Notes: generated from the sequence alone by a model not told the origin. Positions 48,401 through 62,398 are shown, counted from the whole stretch's first letter. The stretch: 63,475 bases of DNA, filler included, from Rhabdomonas costata (GCA_019059605.1; 54 parts of 54 records of this genome joined end to end with filler, not necessarily neighbours in it), one strand, 5' to 3'. Numbers and translations are program-made.

Positions 48401-51400
48401 CATTTTGAAGTGCAAGATGATCGAGGCCAATCATGTGACCAATTTCGAAGAGGAGAAGATCTTTGGCGAGAATGCGGTTACGATCAGTGACTTGCGCAGC
48501 TGAGGTCCGACTGGGCCTTTGTGCACCGAGATCTTGCCACAATTGAGCAAGAGTAGCTGAGTTTTGCAACCTCAAAAAAAAGCCGACAAATACCAGTTTG
48601 AGGTGTGGAAGGACATCTTAATCAACCAACTGAAACACAATCGGAACCATTTGGTCCAGATCAACAGCCATGCAAACTTCATCAAAAAGATGCGGCAAGT
48701 TTTCCATTCCAGCAATCTCGTCTCAGTAAGCTGTAACTGGACCACGTTGTCAAGTCACCCGCGTATGAGAATGCTGATAATGTTGAGCTTCAACCCGACA
48801 AACAGCTGGAGCTGGACCAGACGTTGCGGTTTCCAGTTCAGGCATCAGACGCCCCGGCTCATCAACAGCAAGCCGTGGATCAGGAATTTCAACTACAAAC
48901 TACTCCTGATAGCAGTGATATAGATCAACAATTCCAGCAGGAACGTCATCAGTGCGACATCTATGCAATGGAGGCGGAAAACACCTTTTGCACTTACACG
49001 TTTCAGTGCATTTCCATGGAGCTGTTGCAGAAAGAAAAGAGCAAATATTACTAACATTGTGATGATGTTCGACCGCTATGTCACTGTTCTATAACTTACA
49101 CCATTCATGAACCAAAAATAAAGTCAACTTACAATGAGGGAGCAGTAAATGGGGATTTTCCGTGGGACTGTGCCCGTTGTCGCTGAGCTGTAGTCCAATT
49201 TCAGCGTGTGAGCCTGAACAAAATGAGCCAGCTCATGAATCTCACATCATTTCAGCAGCAAAGTGTTCTTGGCATTTTGCCAGAACTTTGCAATCGTTTC
49301 TTCTGTGAATTTTTTGCCAGAAGAAATTATCATCAGCTGCACATGTATTTNNNNNNNNNNNNNNNNNNNNNNNNNNNNNNNNNNNNNNNNNNNNTTAATT
49401 AATTAANNNNNNNNNNNNNNNNNNNNNNNNNNNNNNNNNNNNNNNNNNNNGGTGGTGTTGATCTATTCTCAGAAAACGTTGCACATTTTCTGAGAATAGA
49501 TCAGGACCAGGAGCTGTACGAGCAACATACATGGGTTTCAGTCTAGATTTACTTCGTAATGAAGCACAAGTTTCCAACTATCAAGTTCCTTTGACTTAGT
49601 GATCAGTACTCAGAGCACTGGATATCAATGAAGACACTTCTGCCTGTGGACATACTCTCAGGCACAGGCCCAATGTATCCAGACAGGTACGACCACACTC
49701 CTGCTGTGTTGTAAGGCTCCATAGAGAGTCGCACTGTTGGCTTGATCAACATGACGCTGAGAGAACTCAGAACCTTTAAAAAGATATAAGTCCTTACCCG
49801 TCCTTTGCGTTGGCCTTAGAACTGCGTGCGCTTCAAGAGAGTTTGAAGCGGAGTTTATACCTGGCAACTTCGTGCGTAGCGAGTCCATGTGATCACGCTG
49901 CTCAAGATCTTGTCACATAGTTATACCCACATATTTAGTTGATAAACTGGAGCGCAAGCTAAAAATTATATACACGACTGTCACTTCCCAACGGTTTTTT
50001 ACTTTTAATGTTTTCCAACGGCACAACAAGTGGTTTACAACGCGGATATAGTGAAAACCTGAGTTGGAAATTGGAAAATACGTTCTTTACCGAGCTGACG
50101 GTTTCGGCCGCAGAATGGGATGAAAACATCCCGGAAGGTCTTAAACACCATACAGAATAGCCACGTATAAAAGAAGCAGATGTGTAGAATAAATGGAAAA
50201 CTCGTTTATAGTGGCAAAAATAACAAAGAAGCAGACATTGTAGGTTCAAATAGTGAAGCAGTTGTGGAATGAGTCTCACGTTTCACTGAAACGGCACGTT
50301 CCGATGAGGAGGCCATATTCCGTTGACATGTGGAGCCCAAAACCACCGCGACAGACATGGTTACAGAGCAAAAAGGACAATCACGAGAAGATCAGGAGTT
50401 CAACGGAGGACTAGCAGCTCTAGCAGGGAATTTTTCGTTACGTTCCGGAATCCGTACATGGTCTCTTCATTCTGATGTACAACAACTGGTCATATATAAT
50501 TCCCTTCTACCTCTTCCGGCATTTACANNNNNNNNNNNNNNNNNNNNNNNNNNNNNNNNNNNNNNNNNNNNTTAATTAATTAANNNNNNNNNNNNNNNNN
50601 NNNNNNNNNNNNNNNNNNNNNNNNNNNGGTGGTGTGTCCAAACCAAGTCTCTTGATGATATATATGTTGACGTGCTCACACTGCGCTCTATGGATCAACC
50701 GGACTAAACCAAACCTAAACGTGGAACGAAGGGAAAAAGGGGGGCCAAAGCAAAGAAAAGGCAAAAAGCCAAAAAGCATAGGAAGGCATCTTTTGTGGTT
50801 AGTGATGCGGTATGCATAGATGTGTCTCTGAGTGAGGGAACGGTTTTTTTGTAGCGTTCACGGTGCTGCTGTTTGTGATGGACAACACGACAGGCACTGT
50901 GATGAGGGTGTTTTTCTTTCCTTTTCAGTTGGAATTTCCGGGGTTTTCAGGTCGGACCCGCGGCACTGACAAAGCCCGGCACCACGATTTCAGTGACTCG
51001 TACATAACTAGCAACACAACAAAACGCCACAGCACACAGTTTTAGGACGCCAATTTGAGTGTACGTGTGTATTTGGCGTATTGCTGTTGCCTGGTTGACT
51101 GGTTGCTTGGTTTTTGGTGACCACTGTGGACTGACTGTAGCACGCACTGTTGGCCATATGTGCTCGCAAGAGATTCCGTTGGAGCCAGTGGTTTAGTTGG
51201 GAACATGAACTGTCCAATTGGCAAACGTTCCACATCTGGTAACATCCATTCTGCCTCAATGTTCCAGCGGCTACCTACATTGCTCCATCGCCGTTCAAGT
51301 CTCTGCAACTCCACACTCATTCCTTTGAGGTAGGACATTTTTCTCGTGAGAAAGACCCTTGCAGCTTTTCTTTCGGATGGGTGAACGGGAAGAACCGGCA

Positions 51401-52215
51401 TCTACAGTTGTTTCCGTTCAATCACACCAACTCCGAAAAATCTAGGGACTTCGTCTATTTTTTCCCTCTTCCTATGAGCCTCCATTACCTTGAGGTTGCC
51501 TCACTGACTCCTTGTTCTGGTGTGTCTGCGAGTACTGTCTCTTCCATTTACACCAAGATAAGGGCTAATATTTTTGCGGTGATAGATGGTCAGATTTTAT
51601 TTATTTTCACTGGCTCCGACTATGCGCTGGTTTGGTCTATGTTATGCTCACTAGTATGCAAGAAGTGACACCGTTGGAACCAGTGAAAATAAATAAAACC
51701 AAAANNNNNNNNNNNNNNNNNNNNNNNNNNNNNNNNNNNNNNNNNNNNTTAATTAATTAANNNNNNNNNNNNNNNNNNNNNNNNNNNNNNNNNNNNNNNN
51801 NNNNGGTGTGGGTGTCTTCGTTTGAGGCAGAAGAAGAGCAGCATCGGCACCCGGAAAAAATGCATACTGGGCACAAAGCACCAACACCCCTTCCATCAAG
51901 TATCATCGCAAACGAAAGCACACACACATACAAACACCCACAACACGCACAACACGCACAAAGCATTGGTCGAAGTCATTTCTGTTTCTGCTTCCAGTGG
52001 GTTGCTTGGCCGCTGCTTGGCCGCTTCTTGAGATGTGGATCACTCACTTTCTACTCGGAGGATTCTTGGGAAACCAGAATGGGGCAATTCGCCGTGATTC
52101 TAGGGAGCTCCATCCCTCTGTGCTATCACAGTTCGGGGTTTGCTGCTCGGTGGCCGCTCCAGCTCTTCTTCTGCCTCAAACGAAGACACGCACGCGCTCA
52201 CACACAACGACACAC

Positions 52216-52355
52216 GTCTTGCCGGAGCCAGTGATGGCGATGGCGATGACGTCCCGGCCCTGCAGCGCGGCTGGGATGGTCAGGCACTGGATCGGGGTGG
52301 GCTGCAGGACCCCTTTCTCCGTTAGAACCTTCCTCGCAGATGCGGGGAGGTGTGC
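52216..52355 (-). CDS. DEAD-box RNA helicase exon (Q motif plus Walker A)
   Basis: KGVLQPTPIQCLTIPAALQGRDVIAIAITGSGKT, with TGCAG acceptor and GT donor. Confidence 0.92.
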
Positions 52356-54793
52356 CTGCACGCACAGCAATCCGAAGTCAGGGGCAGAGCAATACGGGGT
52401 CACGTGCATACGTGTATGCGTGTATCTACGGGTGAGTTGAGTCACGAAATCCATTCGCTGCGTAAAATGAGGTCACTCTACACCGAAGTTCTGACGAACA
52501 CACTCACTAACTTTTCACTTTCAGCGTGTTTCCAATCTTCCATTGGGCTGGGATAAGGGCACCAGCTGGCGTTTGTATTGCTCCCCTCCTCGTTCCAGAG
52601 TGTGTTCCAGCAGTTCCAAAACTGACATGAAGGACGCGCGGCTAGAAAAACAAACTGGGTCAAGGTCGAGCCAACTGCGAGAATTAAATTTGCAGCGACG
52701 CCGTAGGCGGAAAAAGATCCCCACGTTTTGCACTTTCAGCAGACACTCCTCAATTCATAATTTTCTTCAATTAAAAGTTGCCCCAATGAATTTTATTGGT
52801 TACACACAGTTCAACTTCTTCCTGCAAGCCGCCGTCACAACTCACGAAGCTTGCATCTCAGGTCACTACAACCCCCACAAANNNNNNNNNNNNNNNNNNN
52901 NNNNNNNNNNNNNNNNNNNNNNNNNTTAATTAATTAANNNNNNNNNNNNNNNNNNNNNNNNNNNNNNNNNNNNNNNNNNNNAGGTTTCCGCTGTGAGCAA
53001 CACACTGTAATCCAGTTCAAATGTGATGCTAGCTACACCATACGCTGATGGTAGCCAGGTAGAGGAGGTAGCCATGCCTGCTAGTGCTTTTGCTGCACCA
53101 ACCCCAAGGTAGCTAATGGTGCAAAGTGGAGGTAGCAGAGACCAACCCATGGATGAATTGGCGGTGACGGAGTGATGTTGGATGTAAGCAATGCCCACTC
53201 TTAGAGTGATGAGTGGAGTAAGCATGCTAACCAACCGCTACCAAGGGATGTCCGATGCAAGACCCTACGCAGGAATTCTACCGCTGATCTTGGAGGATGC
53301 ACGAATACCTGTTCCCTTACTCTTGCTACAGAGTGGGTTTGTGTTGAGAGTGAGGTCAGACACCGCAGTCAGATGGCAAGAGTGACACATATGTGAGAGA
53401 GGAAGCTATGTACAGCTGATGGTATAAGAGTGATGGGTGAGTTGAGGGGAGGTGTATTCAAGTGCATCATTCAGCCGCAACTTACTACGCTACGCTACGG
53501 TAGTTCCTCCACCTCCATTCCTTTCTGCGATGCCCTTTTATCATCATGCTACTGACATGCCACCTTCACTGCGTTCCTTTTCCATGACCTCCACCCACCA
53601 CATAAGAGAGAAAGTGAAAGGCTAGAAATCCCGGTGTCTGGAGATGATGACAGCCCGATTTCAAAGCTTCGAAGTAGGATTGAGTTGTATTGCAGTGAAG
53701 CTGACGTCCATTCCACAAGCACACATGCAAACACCATGCAGGGACATGCACGTAGTGGCTCAACGTGTTCATGATCGCGCCTTCATAATTGGAGCCGCAG
53801 TGCATGCATGTGAAGCCAGCACTGCATCTTATTATGCTGTTGTTGTTGCTGCTGCTTTGTGCTGCCTTTGCGATTTTTAGGCTTGGTTATTCTTCAGCGG
53901 TGTCAATAGGCACCACGATGACACGAAACAATGCCGGTTCTCGACTTCCAGTATAGTCCATGAAAATGTTTGTAGTAGTAGTGGTGGTGATATTTTTATG
54001 CATTTTGTGTCATCGTGGTGCCTATTGACACCGCTGAAGAATAACCAAGCCCAAAAACNNNNNNNNNNNNNNNNNNNNNNNNNNNNNNNNNNNNNNNNNN
54101 NNTTAATTAATTAANNNNNNNNNNNNNNNNNNNNNNNNNNNNNNNNNNNNNNNNNNNNGCCCCAAAAAACCAACAGGTGTGCAGAACAAGCAGCACAAGG
54201 ACACGCCACAGCACACCGCGCTAAGGCGCCATGTGTGTGTATGTGTGTGGTGGCAGTTTTGTCGAAATCAGCGTTGTGATTATATGTAGGAATAGTGTTT
54301 GCCTTAAATCGCATGGAGTTTCGCGGTTGGAAAGAAGAAGTTCAAGGACGGATGGTTTCTGTTTGATGTCCTCATCATGTCAAAATAATAGAGCGAGCGT
54401 CCAATTTCGGTTGCCAGAAATAAGGCGAAAGCGAAATGGCAAAAGACGACAGCAAACACTGTCGACATTTTGAATTCCTGTTGTCTTTCTGACGACAATA
54501 GTCATCCAAAAGAAGAACTATTGCCTTTGGAAATACAATAGCAACACAAAAATATCGATAGTGTTTGCTATCGGGTTTTAAAAGACTACAATAGGTCCAA
54601 AAATGCGAATGCGAACAGTGCAACCTGAAATGAGACAACCGGGGAGTACATCACACAGGAATGTCAGGTGTTCAGCATCAGAGAACAAGACTATAATAGT
54701 AGTCGCTGTCGTCTTTTAACTTCAGCCGAAGCAGGCCGGGGTCGTTTGTATATCTTGCATCTTGTGTATCTTTCTTTTTTTGAAATGGAAAGG

Positions 54794-55225
54794 TCGAGAG
54801 GGCTAAGACGAAGCAGGCCTGGGGTCTTTTTTATATAAAGCAACGAAACGCTGCGTGGCCGGTCCTTGGGGTCAGGAGAGTCCCGACCTTTCACCCTCGG
54901 CCGGTGAAGGTGCCCCTTGGCGGCTCTTTCGTAACCCTTTTGCGCCGCTTCTTGCCCCACGCAGCGGAGGGTTTACGACAGCACCCACAACATACTTTAC
55001 AACGAACCACCCACGCGGAAAGGGGCTCGGCAACTGGCACGTGGCCGCCTGCAGCCCACAAAAATCACCGCGTCGCTGCATCACTAGCACCCCATGTTCA
55101 AGGGCGAGCCCACTCAACACGATGAAGCCGTGCAAGGTCAGGTTACCTGCCTGGCCCGCGCCAGCTGCCGCGCCACAGCACGCGCGAGTGCATGGGCCAC
55201 AGCCACCCATGCCTCCTCAGTCACC
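54794..55225 (+). repeat. Dispersed repeat family A, copy 2 (longest)
   Basis: Overlaps in sequence with both 29941-30230 (reverse complement) and 62068-62295. Contains TATATAA at ~54832. Confidence 0.85.
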
Positions 55226-56107
55226 TCCCAAAACCCNNNNNNNNNNNNNNNNNNNNNNNNNNNNNNNNNNNNNNNNNNNNTTAATTAATTAANNNNNNNN
55301 NNNNNNNNNNNNNNNNNNNNNNNNNNNNNNNNNNNNCTGATGTGTTCTTTGCACTGCTGCAATGTATCAAGAACGGCTGCTTCCAGTGACTTGGTGCCCC
55401 CTTGCTGCCTTTGTCTTTGGCCGGTCAAGTAGACCTATGCCATTTGTTTCTTTCGGAAACTTCTTTTTTCTCAGAGAGGAGGGAAACACTTTCCACGGCA
55501 ATGTTTGCACACAAGGCCAGCTTTCAAAGTTCTGAGTCAACGCGGAAGGGGCGGGCGGGAGTGCTTGGATGTGTCTACACAAAAAGAATGCAGCTGCAAG
55601 AAAACAACAGGTTTTTCCGCCCTTGACCATACAGCGAACTTACTTGCACCGTAAACCGTCGCTATGACGTATACCGTTTTTCACTGTCCCCCCCCCCTCC
55701 CAAAGTGGGAGAGAGAGGGGGGGGGTGCCGTCGAGGAGAGCTTTGCCATTCTTGTGCTGCACCTTCCGGTCCCATTGAGCGGAAATGGGCGAATTCGTAT
55801 GACAACGTGAACTGCCACGGTCACTTGTTTGGAATGAAATACATTCCCGTGAAGGTTTGCGAACCGGGGCTCTTGGGCATTCTCTTCCCTCATGTCTTGG
55901 GCCGCACCCCATTTTGCGTGCACGCGCGTTTACACGGAACCCGTTTCACGTTCTCTGGCTTTGGGACGTGCTCTCTCTCTCTCTCTCTCCCTCTGTGTGT
56001 GTGCGCGTTCAGGGCCGTCTCCTGAGTCTCCCCCGTTGGGTGGTAAGGGCCTTCCTCCTGGCCTAGTGGTGCCCCCATTTGGGTCGCCCGTCACATCTAC
56101 CCCGCAG

Positions 56108-56195
56108 GCCTCCCAGCGGCTGATGCAGCGCGCACAGGGCGTGTACTTCCCCAGCGTGTCCAAGGAGCGCCCCCCCGTCCACCTCAGCTCAGAAG
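56108..56195 (+). CDS. Probable exon (ASQRLMQRAQGVYFPSVSKERPPVHLSSE)
   Basis: CCCGCAG|...G|GTGAC with GC3 bias. Confidence 0.4.
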
Positions 56196-56649
56196 GTGAC
56201 AATCCATCTTTGCCTTTCTCCTCTTCTTGCCCGGTGTCCACACGAGCCGAAGGTCCGCGCACCTGCAACTGCAGAGGGGTGTTCTCAACGTGGTGTCCTC
56301 CTCGCAGAGTAGACTGGTGCTGATTCGTACAGAGTCCACCACTCTCTTTAGTCTGACCCGCCCAAGGGTAGTCGCACTGCGAGCCTGGGGTTCTAGCATC
56401 GTACACAACAAACNNNNNNNNNNNNNNNNNNNNNNNNNNNNNNNNNNNNNNNNNNNNTTAATTAATTAANNNNNNNNNNNNNNNNNNNNNNNNNNNNNNN
56501 NNNNNNNNNNNNNACTTTCTGACCTGCTCTTTAGTATTCATGTCGAGGTCGTTGCTAATCATCATCTATCGTTGCTCACGGAGTACGCTGTTCTGCTTTG
56601 GGTAGTAGTAGGTGATTTTAGATTGGGTGTCATGAGGGACGTCATGCAC

Positions 56650-57590
56650 CTACGCGAAAACACACACACTCACCAACCACGACTTAAACGCGAAACCACA
56701 CATCTTGACCCTTCACATTCCACCGCGACAATCACCATGACCTTTGCACCAACAATCCACCGTGACCCTCACCACCTTACGCACAGACCGTGACCCTGAC
56801 CATTACCCTCACCAGCACATTCCACACATGCTGACACCCACACCATAACCATCCACCTCACCTTCTGACCCACACGCTTACACCACACGCACGACCTCCA
56901 CCTCCACATCCGCAATGTGAAACGCAAACACCAACCCATTACCGTGACTCCACACCATGACCTCACACGCACGACCCTGACTGTCCTCTCTGACACTCAT
57001 CTCTGACCGCGACACTCACATCCAACCTCTCGACAGAACATGACCCCTCCCTCCGACTCACGTGCCAAGCACACGTCAACCCCACGCACACTCCCAATTC
57101 AGGCACACACCCTAAGACCTCCTCACGCACATACCCTCATTAGACACCTTTCACACTCCACATTCATATTCACGACACAATCGACACTCAACATATCATC
57201 CACCATGCACCACTACCATCTGACGACTGAAGCGCGACTCACCACACCCAACGTACCATCAACGCAAGACCCTCAACCCACCACACCCTCCACACCATCC
57301 ATAAAAGCACCATCCAAACACTCATCCTACCCAAAAAATAACCCAGCACACACACTCAACACCAAGACACTCCCACCGACACTCCATCACGACCCAACAT
57401 CGATCCTCCACCCTCAACGAAACACTGACACCATCCTCAAAACGCAAGATCCACCCACAGCCATTACCACAACATCCACGCGCGTGACACCGTAAACCCA
57501 GACCCAAACATTTCGACCATCACCTTCTGAACCCACGCATTCAACCACCGACCATACGCACCATCTGACCCCAACCTCTGAATCTCGCAC
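56650..57590 (+). repeat. Degenerate C/A-rich hexamer-like array (ACCCTN/ACCATN), telomere-like cryptic repeat
   Basis: Strong strand asymmetry (few G) with recurring accctc, accctg, accata and gaccct. Confidence 0.55.
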
Positions 57591-58909
57591 NNNNNNNNNN
57601 NNNNNNNNNNNNNNNNNNNNNNNNNNNNNNNNNNTTAATTAATTAANNNNNNNNNNNNNNNNNNNNNNNNNNNNNNNNNNNNNNNNNNNNTGTGGGGTGG
57701 ACGCTGGCACCCCATCCTCCGCTCAGGTATACAGCACTTTTGTTGTGGTGAGCGGCTCGATTGGGGTGCAATTTCGCCGTATTTAGTCCTTTTTATCACA
57801 AGTGACGAACCCATCATTGGGGTGGCGTCTCCCTCCGGGTCGCTTTTTTTTCATCTTTTTTTCTCGCTCAGTGTTGAGTTAAGGGGCGAGAGTACCCTTG
57901 CCGAGCACGCCCATTTTATTACAGTAAGATGAGCGGGTGCAGAGGTGCAGAAGTAGCCCGTAGAGCGCGAGCGGAGGAAGGGGGAACCCATCGAAGACAG
58001 TATCTCTCCGCTTCGCTGAAATTGGGTGTAATAACGGCAACGCAAAGGGCAGACGCGAGCGTAACCTAAACGCAAATCCCAACCCGTCACAACGACCCAT
58101 GGCTGAATATTGTTGCGAGTGTGAAAGTAAACCACCATCGCCTTTGCATCTTCGTTCCCGCGGGCGTGGGCTGGGATCCGCCTTGGCTGGGGTCGGATCA
58201 GATATTGTGGCCTGAAATCTGTCGCTTTTTGTTCGCCGGTGTCTTTGCTTTCATCCTCTGGGTCGTGGAAGCGCGGACCGATAGCACGAAATCACAGCGA
58301 GTACACGTACGAATTCGTGGTAGTGATGAAAAGGTTTGACACAGCCCCGCCTAGGTCCTTGGGCGGAAAGGGCGAAGACACCCACGAGCCAGATGCACGT
58401 CAGGGAAGCATCTTCCTTCTTCAGTTCTTATCGGAAATCAGAGCAGTTGAACCACTGACAGCGCGTGTGCTTTTGTACGTCGATACTATGACGCGTCTGA
58501 TGCACGAATTTGGCCTCAAGGACGCTAGTGTCCTTCCAATTGTATAGGTGGCTGTTATATCGACGTTTGGTTGGTTTGCGATGACCTGTATGTTGTTTCC
58601 GTTCAACCACAACGCCTGCAGTGCCTGATATTACTTCTTTCGTCTGTTCGGAAATGCCTTCCCTTACCTTCTGCATACTGGCTTCTTCTGAAAGTTCTTT
58701 TCTCGCACTGCCTCACCCACCCGAGGTCCCGTTCTTGTAGTGATTCCGCAGCACTTCTGTGACACGTNNNNNNNNNNNNNNNNNNNNNNNNNNNNNNNNN
58801 NNNNNNNNNNNTTAATTAATTAANNNNNNNNNNNNNNNNNNNNNNNNNNNNNNNNNNNNNNNNNNNNGGTGGTTTGTAACAAAGCACTAACATTACCAAC
58901 TAATTTTGG

Positions 58910-59417
58910 TGTACGGAAGCGTTCCTGTAGGGCATCTTGGTAAGCAGTGTAATATCCATTGTACAGCTTAACATTGTGCGCTAGCTCAAAAATTAGTTGG
59001 TAATGTTAGTGATTTGTTACAAACTGCTCCCATTATGTGAATGTTTTCCATTTAGCAAAGATGCTTCGTCGCGCGTCCACAAAGGCCATTCGGGCGTAGC
59101 GGATTGCACTTTATCTTGGACTTCTCGCTGGCATTTTCTTTAGTTCACTCTAACCAGCCAGTCAATGACGTGTTTTAGCTTGCCGTCAAATGTTTCTATA
59201 AGGACATTTTTGAGGCGCCGTTAGCTTGTGCGACGTTTTGCATCATTTTCATTAGATGGGTCGTACTGAGCCATTTGTGTGATTGCATCTCCAAGTAGTT
59301 CGGTGGTAAAAGATATGGTGACTGCGTGTGCTTCGTTAGAAGAAGACGGCGCTGCATGTGGCACTGTAGACTGCGGTGGTGAGCTCATTTTTTCTCCGTG
59401 TGTGTGGTGTGTTCCAT
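58910..59417 (-). mobile_element. Degenerate LTR-retrotransposon gag-like remnant
   Basis: ETFDGK..V.DWL.RV (59179-59196), then after a frameshift AIRYA.MAF and WEQF (59021-59032). Contains stops. Confidence 0.4.
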
Positions 59418-60044
59418 TTTTAAAATAACATTAAAGCTTCGAAATAAGCCATTTTTGTTCAACTTAGTTAGAAGAAACAACAAACATTAAACGCAAAAAG
59501 TCGGTAGAAATGAAAAAAGAAACTCAAACTGCTGAGGGTGTAGGCCGCACAGACCTTCTGCTACCAGACAACAGGTTCCGGTCTCACAAACATCGTAATG
59601 GTCCTAGGGACAGGTTAACTGATACATGCTTTACAAAATGCTTTGCTGATTCGGTATAAATTTAGTTCAAAATCCATCCCTTTTCCAATCACAAAACAAA
59701 TGCTTTATTGGGAAACAAAAAAAACACAGAACTGTGTAAGGGTTCCACTTCGAAGAAGAGTGTGTACAAACTTGGAAAAGGAAGTCAAGTGTGCAAAAAA
59801 AGCATGGGACAACAATTTATTGGCCTAAGGTTTTGGGTCAAATCCAGTAGTTTTGTTGGGATGGGAGTTTTAGTCTAGCAAAAGGTGGTTTGCAATTAGA
59901 TTCCTTTAGTTTTTGTCTAATGCGGTAGCAAATTTCAAACCACANNNNNNNNNNNNNNNNNNNNNNNNNNNNNNNNNNNNNNNNNNNNTTAATTAATTAA
60001 NNNNNNNNNNNNNNNNNNNNNNNNNNNNNNNNNNNNNNNNNNNN

Positions 60045-60086
60045 GGTTCGGGTTCGGGTTCGGGTTCGGGTTCGGGTTCGGGTTCC
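60045..60086 (+). repeat. (GGTTCG)6-7 telomere-variant tandem repeat at a contig end
   Basis: Six perfect units plus GGTTCC. TTCGGG is one substitution from TTAGGG. Confidence 0.85.
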
Positions 60087-62067
60087 AGGCTCGTGTTCAT
60101 GCGTAGGGGTTACGGTTTCAGCGCTTATGACAAGGATGGTGATTTTACTTTGTGACTTTCTCGATTGTGGTGATGAATTTCCGTACGTTGGATTTCCTCG
60201 GTGCTGTGGTTCTCTCAAGTGTTGTCTCGGTCTTGCTCAACCATTCCATCTCTCCACACCAGAATTCGTGACTCGGTTTTCCTCTCCGCTAACCACCTTG
60301 GAAGGCGTTTGGAATGGGAGGTTGACTATCGGGTGACTCATGCTATGGTTGTGCGTAGCCTCTGTAATCTTGACGTTGCTTGAGCTGGATGAACTTGTGG
60401 CCTGGGGCGGGGGCGCAGTGATGTTAGTGCAAAGGAACGTCTGCGGTGGTGTAGTATCCGATCCACGTGACCAACGATGCACTGCACTGAGCTTCGTGAA
60501 TTGAGAGGCCTCTCAGCTCCTAGCCGGGATTTCTGCTGTCACGTTGGTGCTGGTTCTTCGCGCGTACTTCTTCTTGTCCTCATTACGACTGGAAGGTGGA
60601 GCGTGTATTTCAGCTAAGACACTCAGTTCACGCCACTCTTGGTGAGGAAGGTTGTCCGGTCAGTTTCGTGCAGCTTTGGTGTCATTGCGTCCCTTAAACG
60701 TCATGGTATAGCGTCAGACCTGGGAGAGACAACTGGTTGGGATGGAGTGCGTTTTTCGATAGAGATCAGGGTGGTTGTTGGAACCACGTGGAGAAGGTGG
60801 GTCATTCCAACATCAGCATGTGTGCTGTCAACGCTTCGTGCAATGCCTACAACAGTTGTATCTGCATCTACACTCTCTGTCTTCCAACGGTGACGTCTCA
60901 GGTCGTACACATCTAGTAGAAGGTCCGGTTGTGTGTGGTGTCGGTACGAACATGTGGTCATCGTGCGGTAGTCCAACGTTTTGGCATTGTTACCCAGTTA
61001 GTGGACTGTCACGTGGTGGCTATGTGTAGGGTTGGCGTGGTGAGAGGTTTCTTTCTGCTAGGACGTACCGACCGAAGAGCATGTGGACACCCTCCACGTA
61101 CGGACCTTACACATAACACCTNNNNNNNNNNNNNNNNNNNNNNNNNNNNNNNNNNNNNNNNNNNNTTAATTAATTAANNNNNNNNNNNNNNNNNNNNNNN
61201 NNNNNNNNNNNNNNNNNNNNNCTCCTGTCAGCCTGCTTTTGAGGAGGGGAAACCTGTGCAAAGACGAAAACCAGTAAAAAAAAATCACATGTTTGGTTAA
61301 ATTCAAGGGATTTGAATTTTAATCACGGCAGCAATGCAGGGTATCGGTGCAGGCAACAGCACAGTGCTGGAACACATGCGAAAAAACATGACGGGAGGGG
61401 CGGGCAAAAGGAAAAAGGTGAAGGAGGAATTGAGACAGGGAACTGGGTTGCGGGCAACTGACACACAACCGAGACAAAACGTAACCAAATTCGGGATTCG
61501 AGCAAAACCAGGGAAAATGGTCTGGTTTAGAGTGAGGTGGGCGTGACGGGGTGAGACCTCGGAGTGGGAGAAAAGGATAGCCCCAACACAACACCGCACA
61601 CACAGAACCTGTAACTCACACATTCATGCACAACCAAACCCAACCAAGCAACCGCTAGCTGGCGCGAGGCCAGAAGACTGGGCATGGAGAAAGGTGAAGA
61701 GATGTTAGGAAAATAAATTTCAAGTGCGTGCCAGGAGGCAGAAAGCTTTCACATAGCTCAACATCCCATTTCTCCTTACCCTCGGCAAGTCGGCTTGGGC
61801 GGCCTCCACATTGCATCCTTTCCCTACTTTTGGTTTCGTCTTCCTCTCTGCCTCTCTTGGACAATACGAGCGGAGCGAGGAACCGAGTGACGATGCGTAG
61901 CGAGCGGTGGGCCCTGCCAGCACTTTTAGCCCCACCTCAGTGTCCCCAACAGTAAATATCTGCATTTTTGGTCTCATCTCGGCCATTACCAGCAATCCAT
62001 CTTTGATGCAGATGGGAGCAACAGGGTATGCATTGAGGCAAGCTTTTTTTTAGAGTGGTAGTTACTC

Positions 62068-62295
62068 TCGAGGGCTAAGCCGAAGCAGGGCTGGAGTCTT
62101 TTGTATATAAAACAGGCCTCCCGAAACGCTGCGTAGCCGGTCCTTGGTCGAAATCTTCTGACCTTTCACCCTCCTCCGGTTGTAGTGCCCTTGGGCGGGT
62201 CTCTGGTATCCCTTTTGTACCGCTTGCACCCACAGCGTATTTATACAAAAAACCCATACCGAACGGGGCCAGGCAACCGGCCTCCAGCCCACAAA
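62068..62295 (+). repeat. Dispersed repeat family A, copy 3 (more diverged, internally deleted)
   Basis: GAGGGCTAAG.CGAAGCAGG..CTGG.GTCTTTT.TATATAAA...CGAAACGCTGCGT.GCCGGTCCTTGG...GACCTTTCACCCTC is shared with 54796-54900. Confidence 0.8.
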
Positions 62296-62398
62296 CACNN
62301 NNNNNNNNNNNNNNNNNNNNNNNNNNNNNNNNNNNNNNNNNNTTAATTAATTAANNNNNNNNNNNNNNNNNNNNNNNNNNNNNNNNNNNNNNNNNNNN

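Noticed and set aside
50040-50335. LINE C-terminal CCHC-like remnant
   Set aside because: Many stops, and only a loose Cys/His spacing supports it.
56514-56540. Euglenid spliced-leader sequence (ACTTTCTGA...)
   Set aside because: Only 9 nt match, after which the sequence diverges from the SL exon.
58545-58690. RT-like remnant (CYIDVWLV...KCLPLPS)
   Set aside because: YxDD is not intact and no upstream RT motifs are recognisable. Too weak without a search.
1079-62398. Regularly spaced TTAATTAATTAA repeats as a CRISPR-like or biological array
   Set aside because: They are N-flanked synthetic spacers with six-frame stops.
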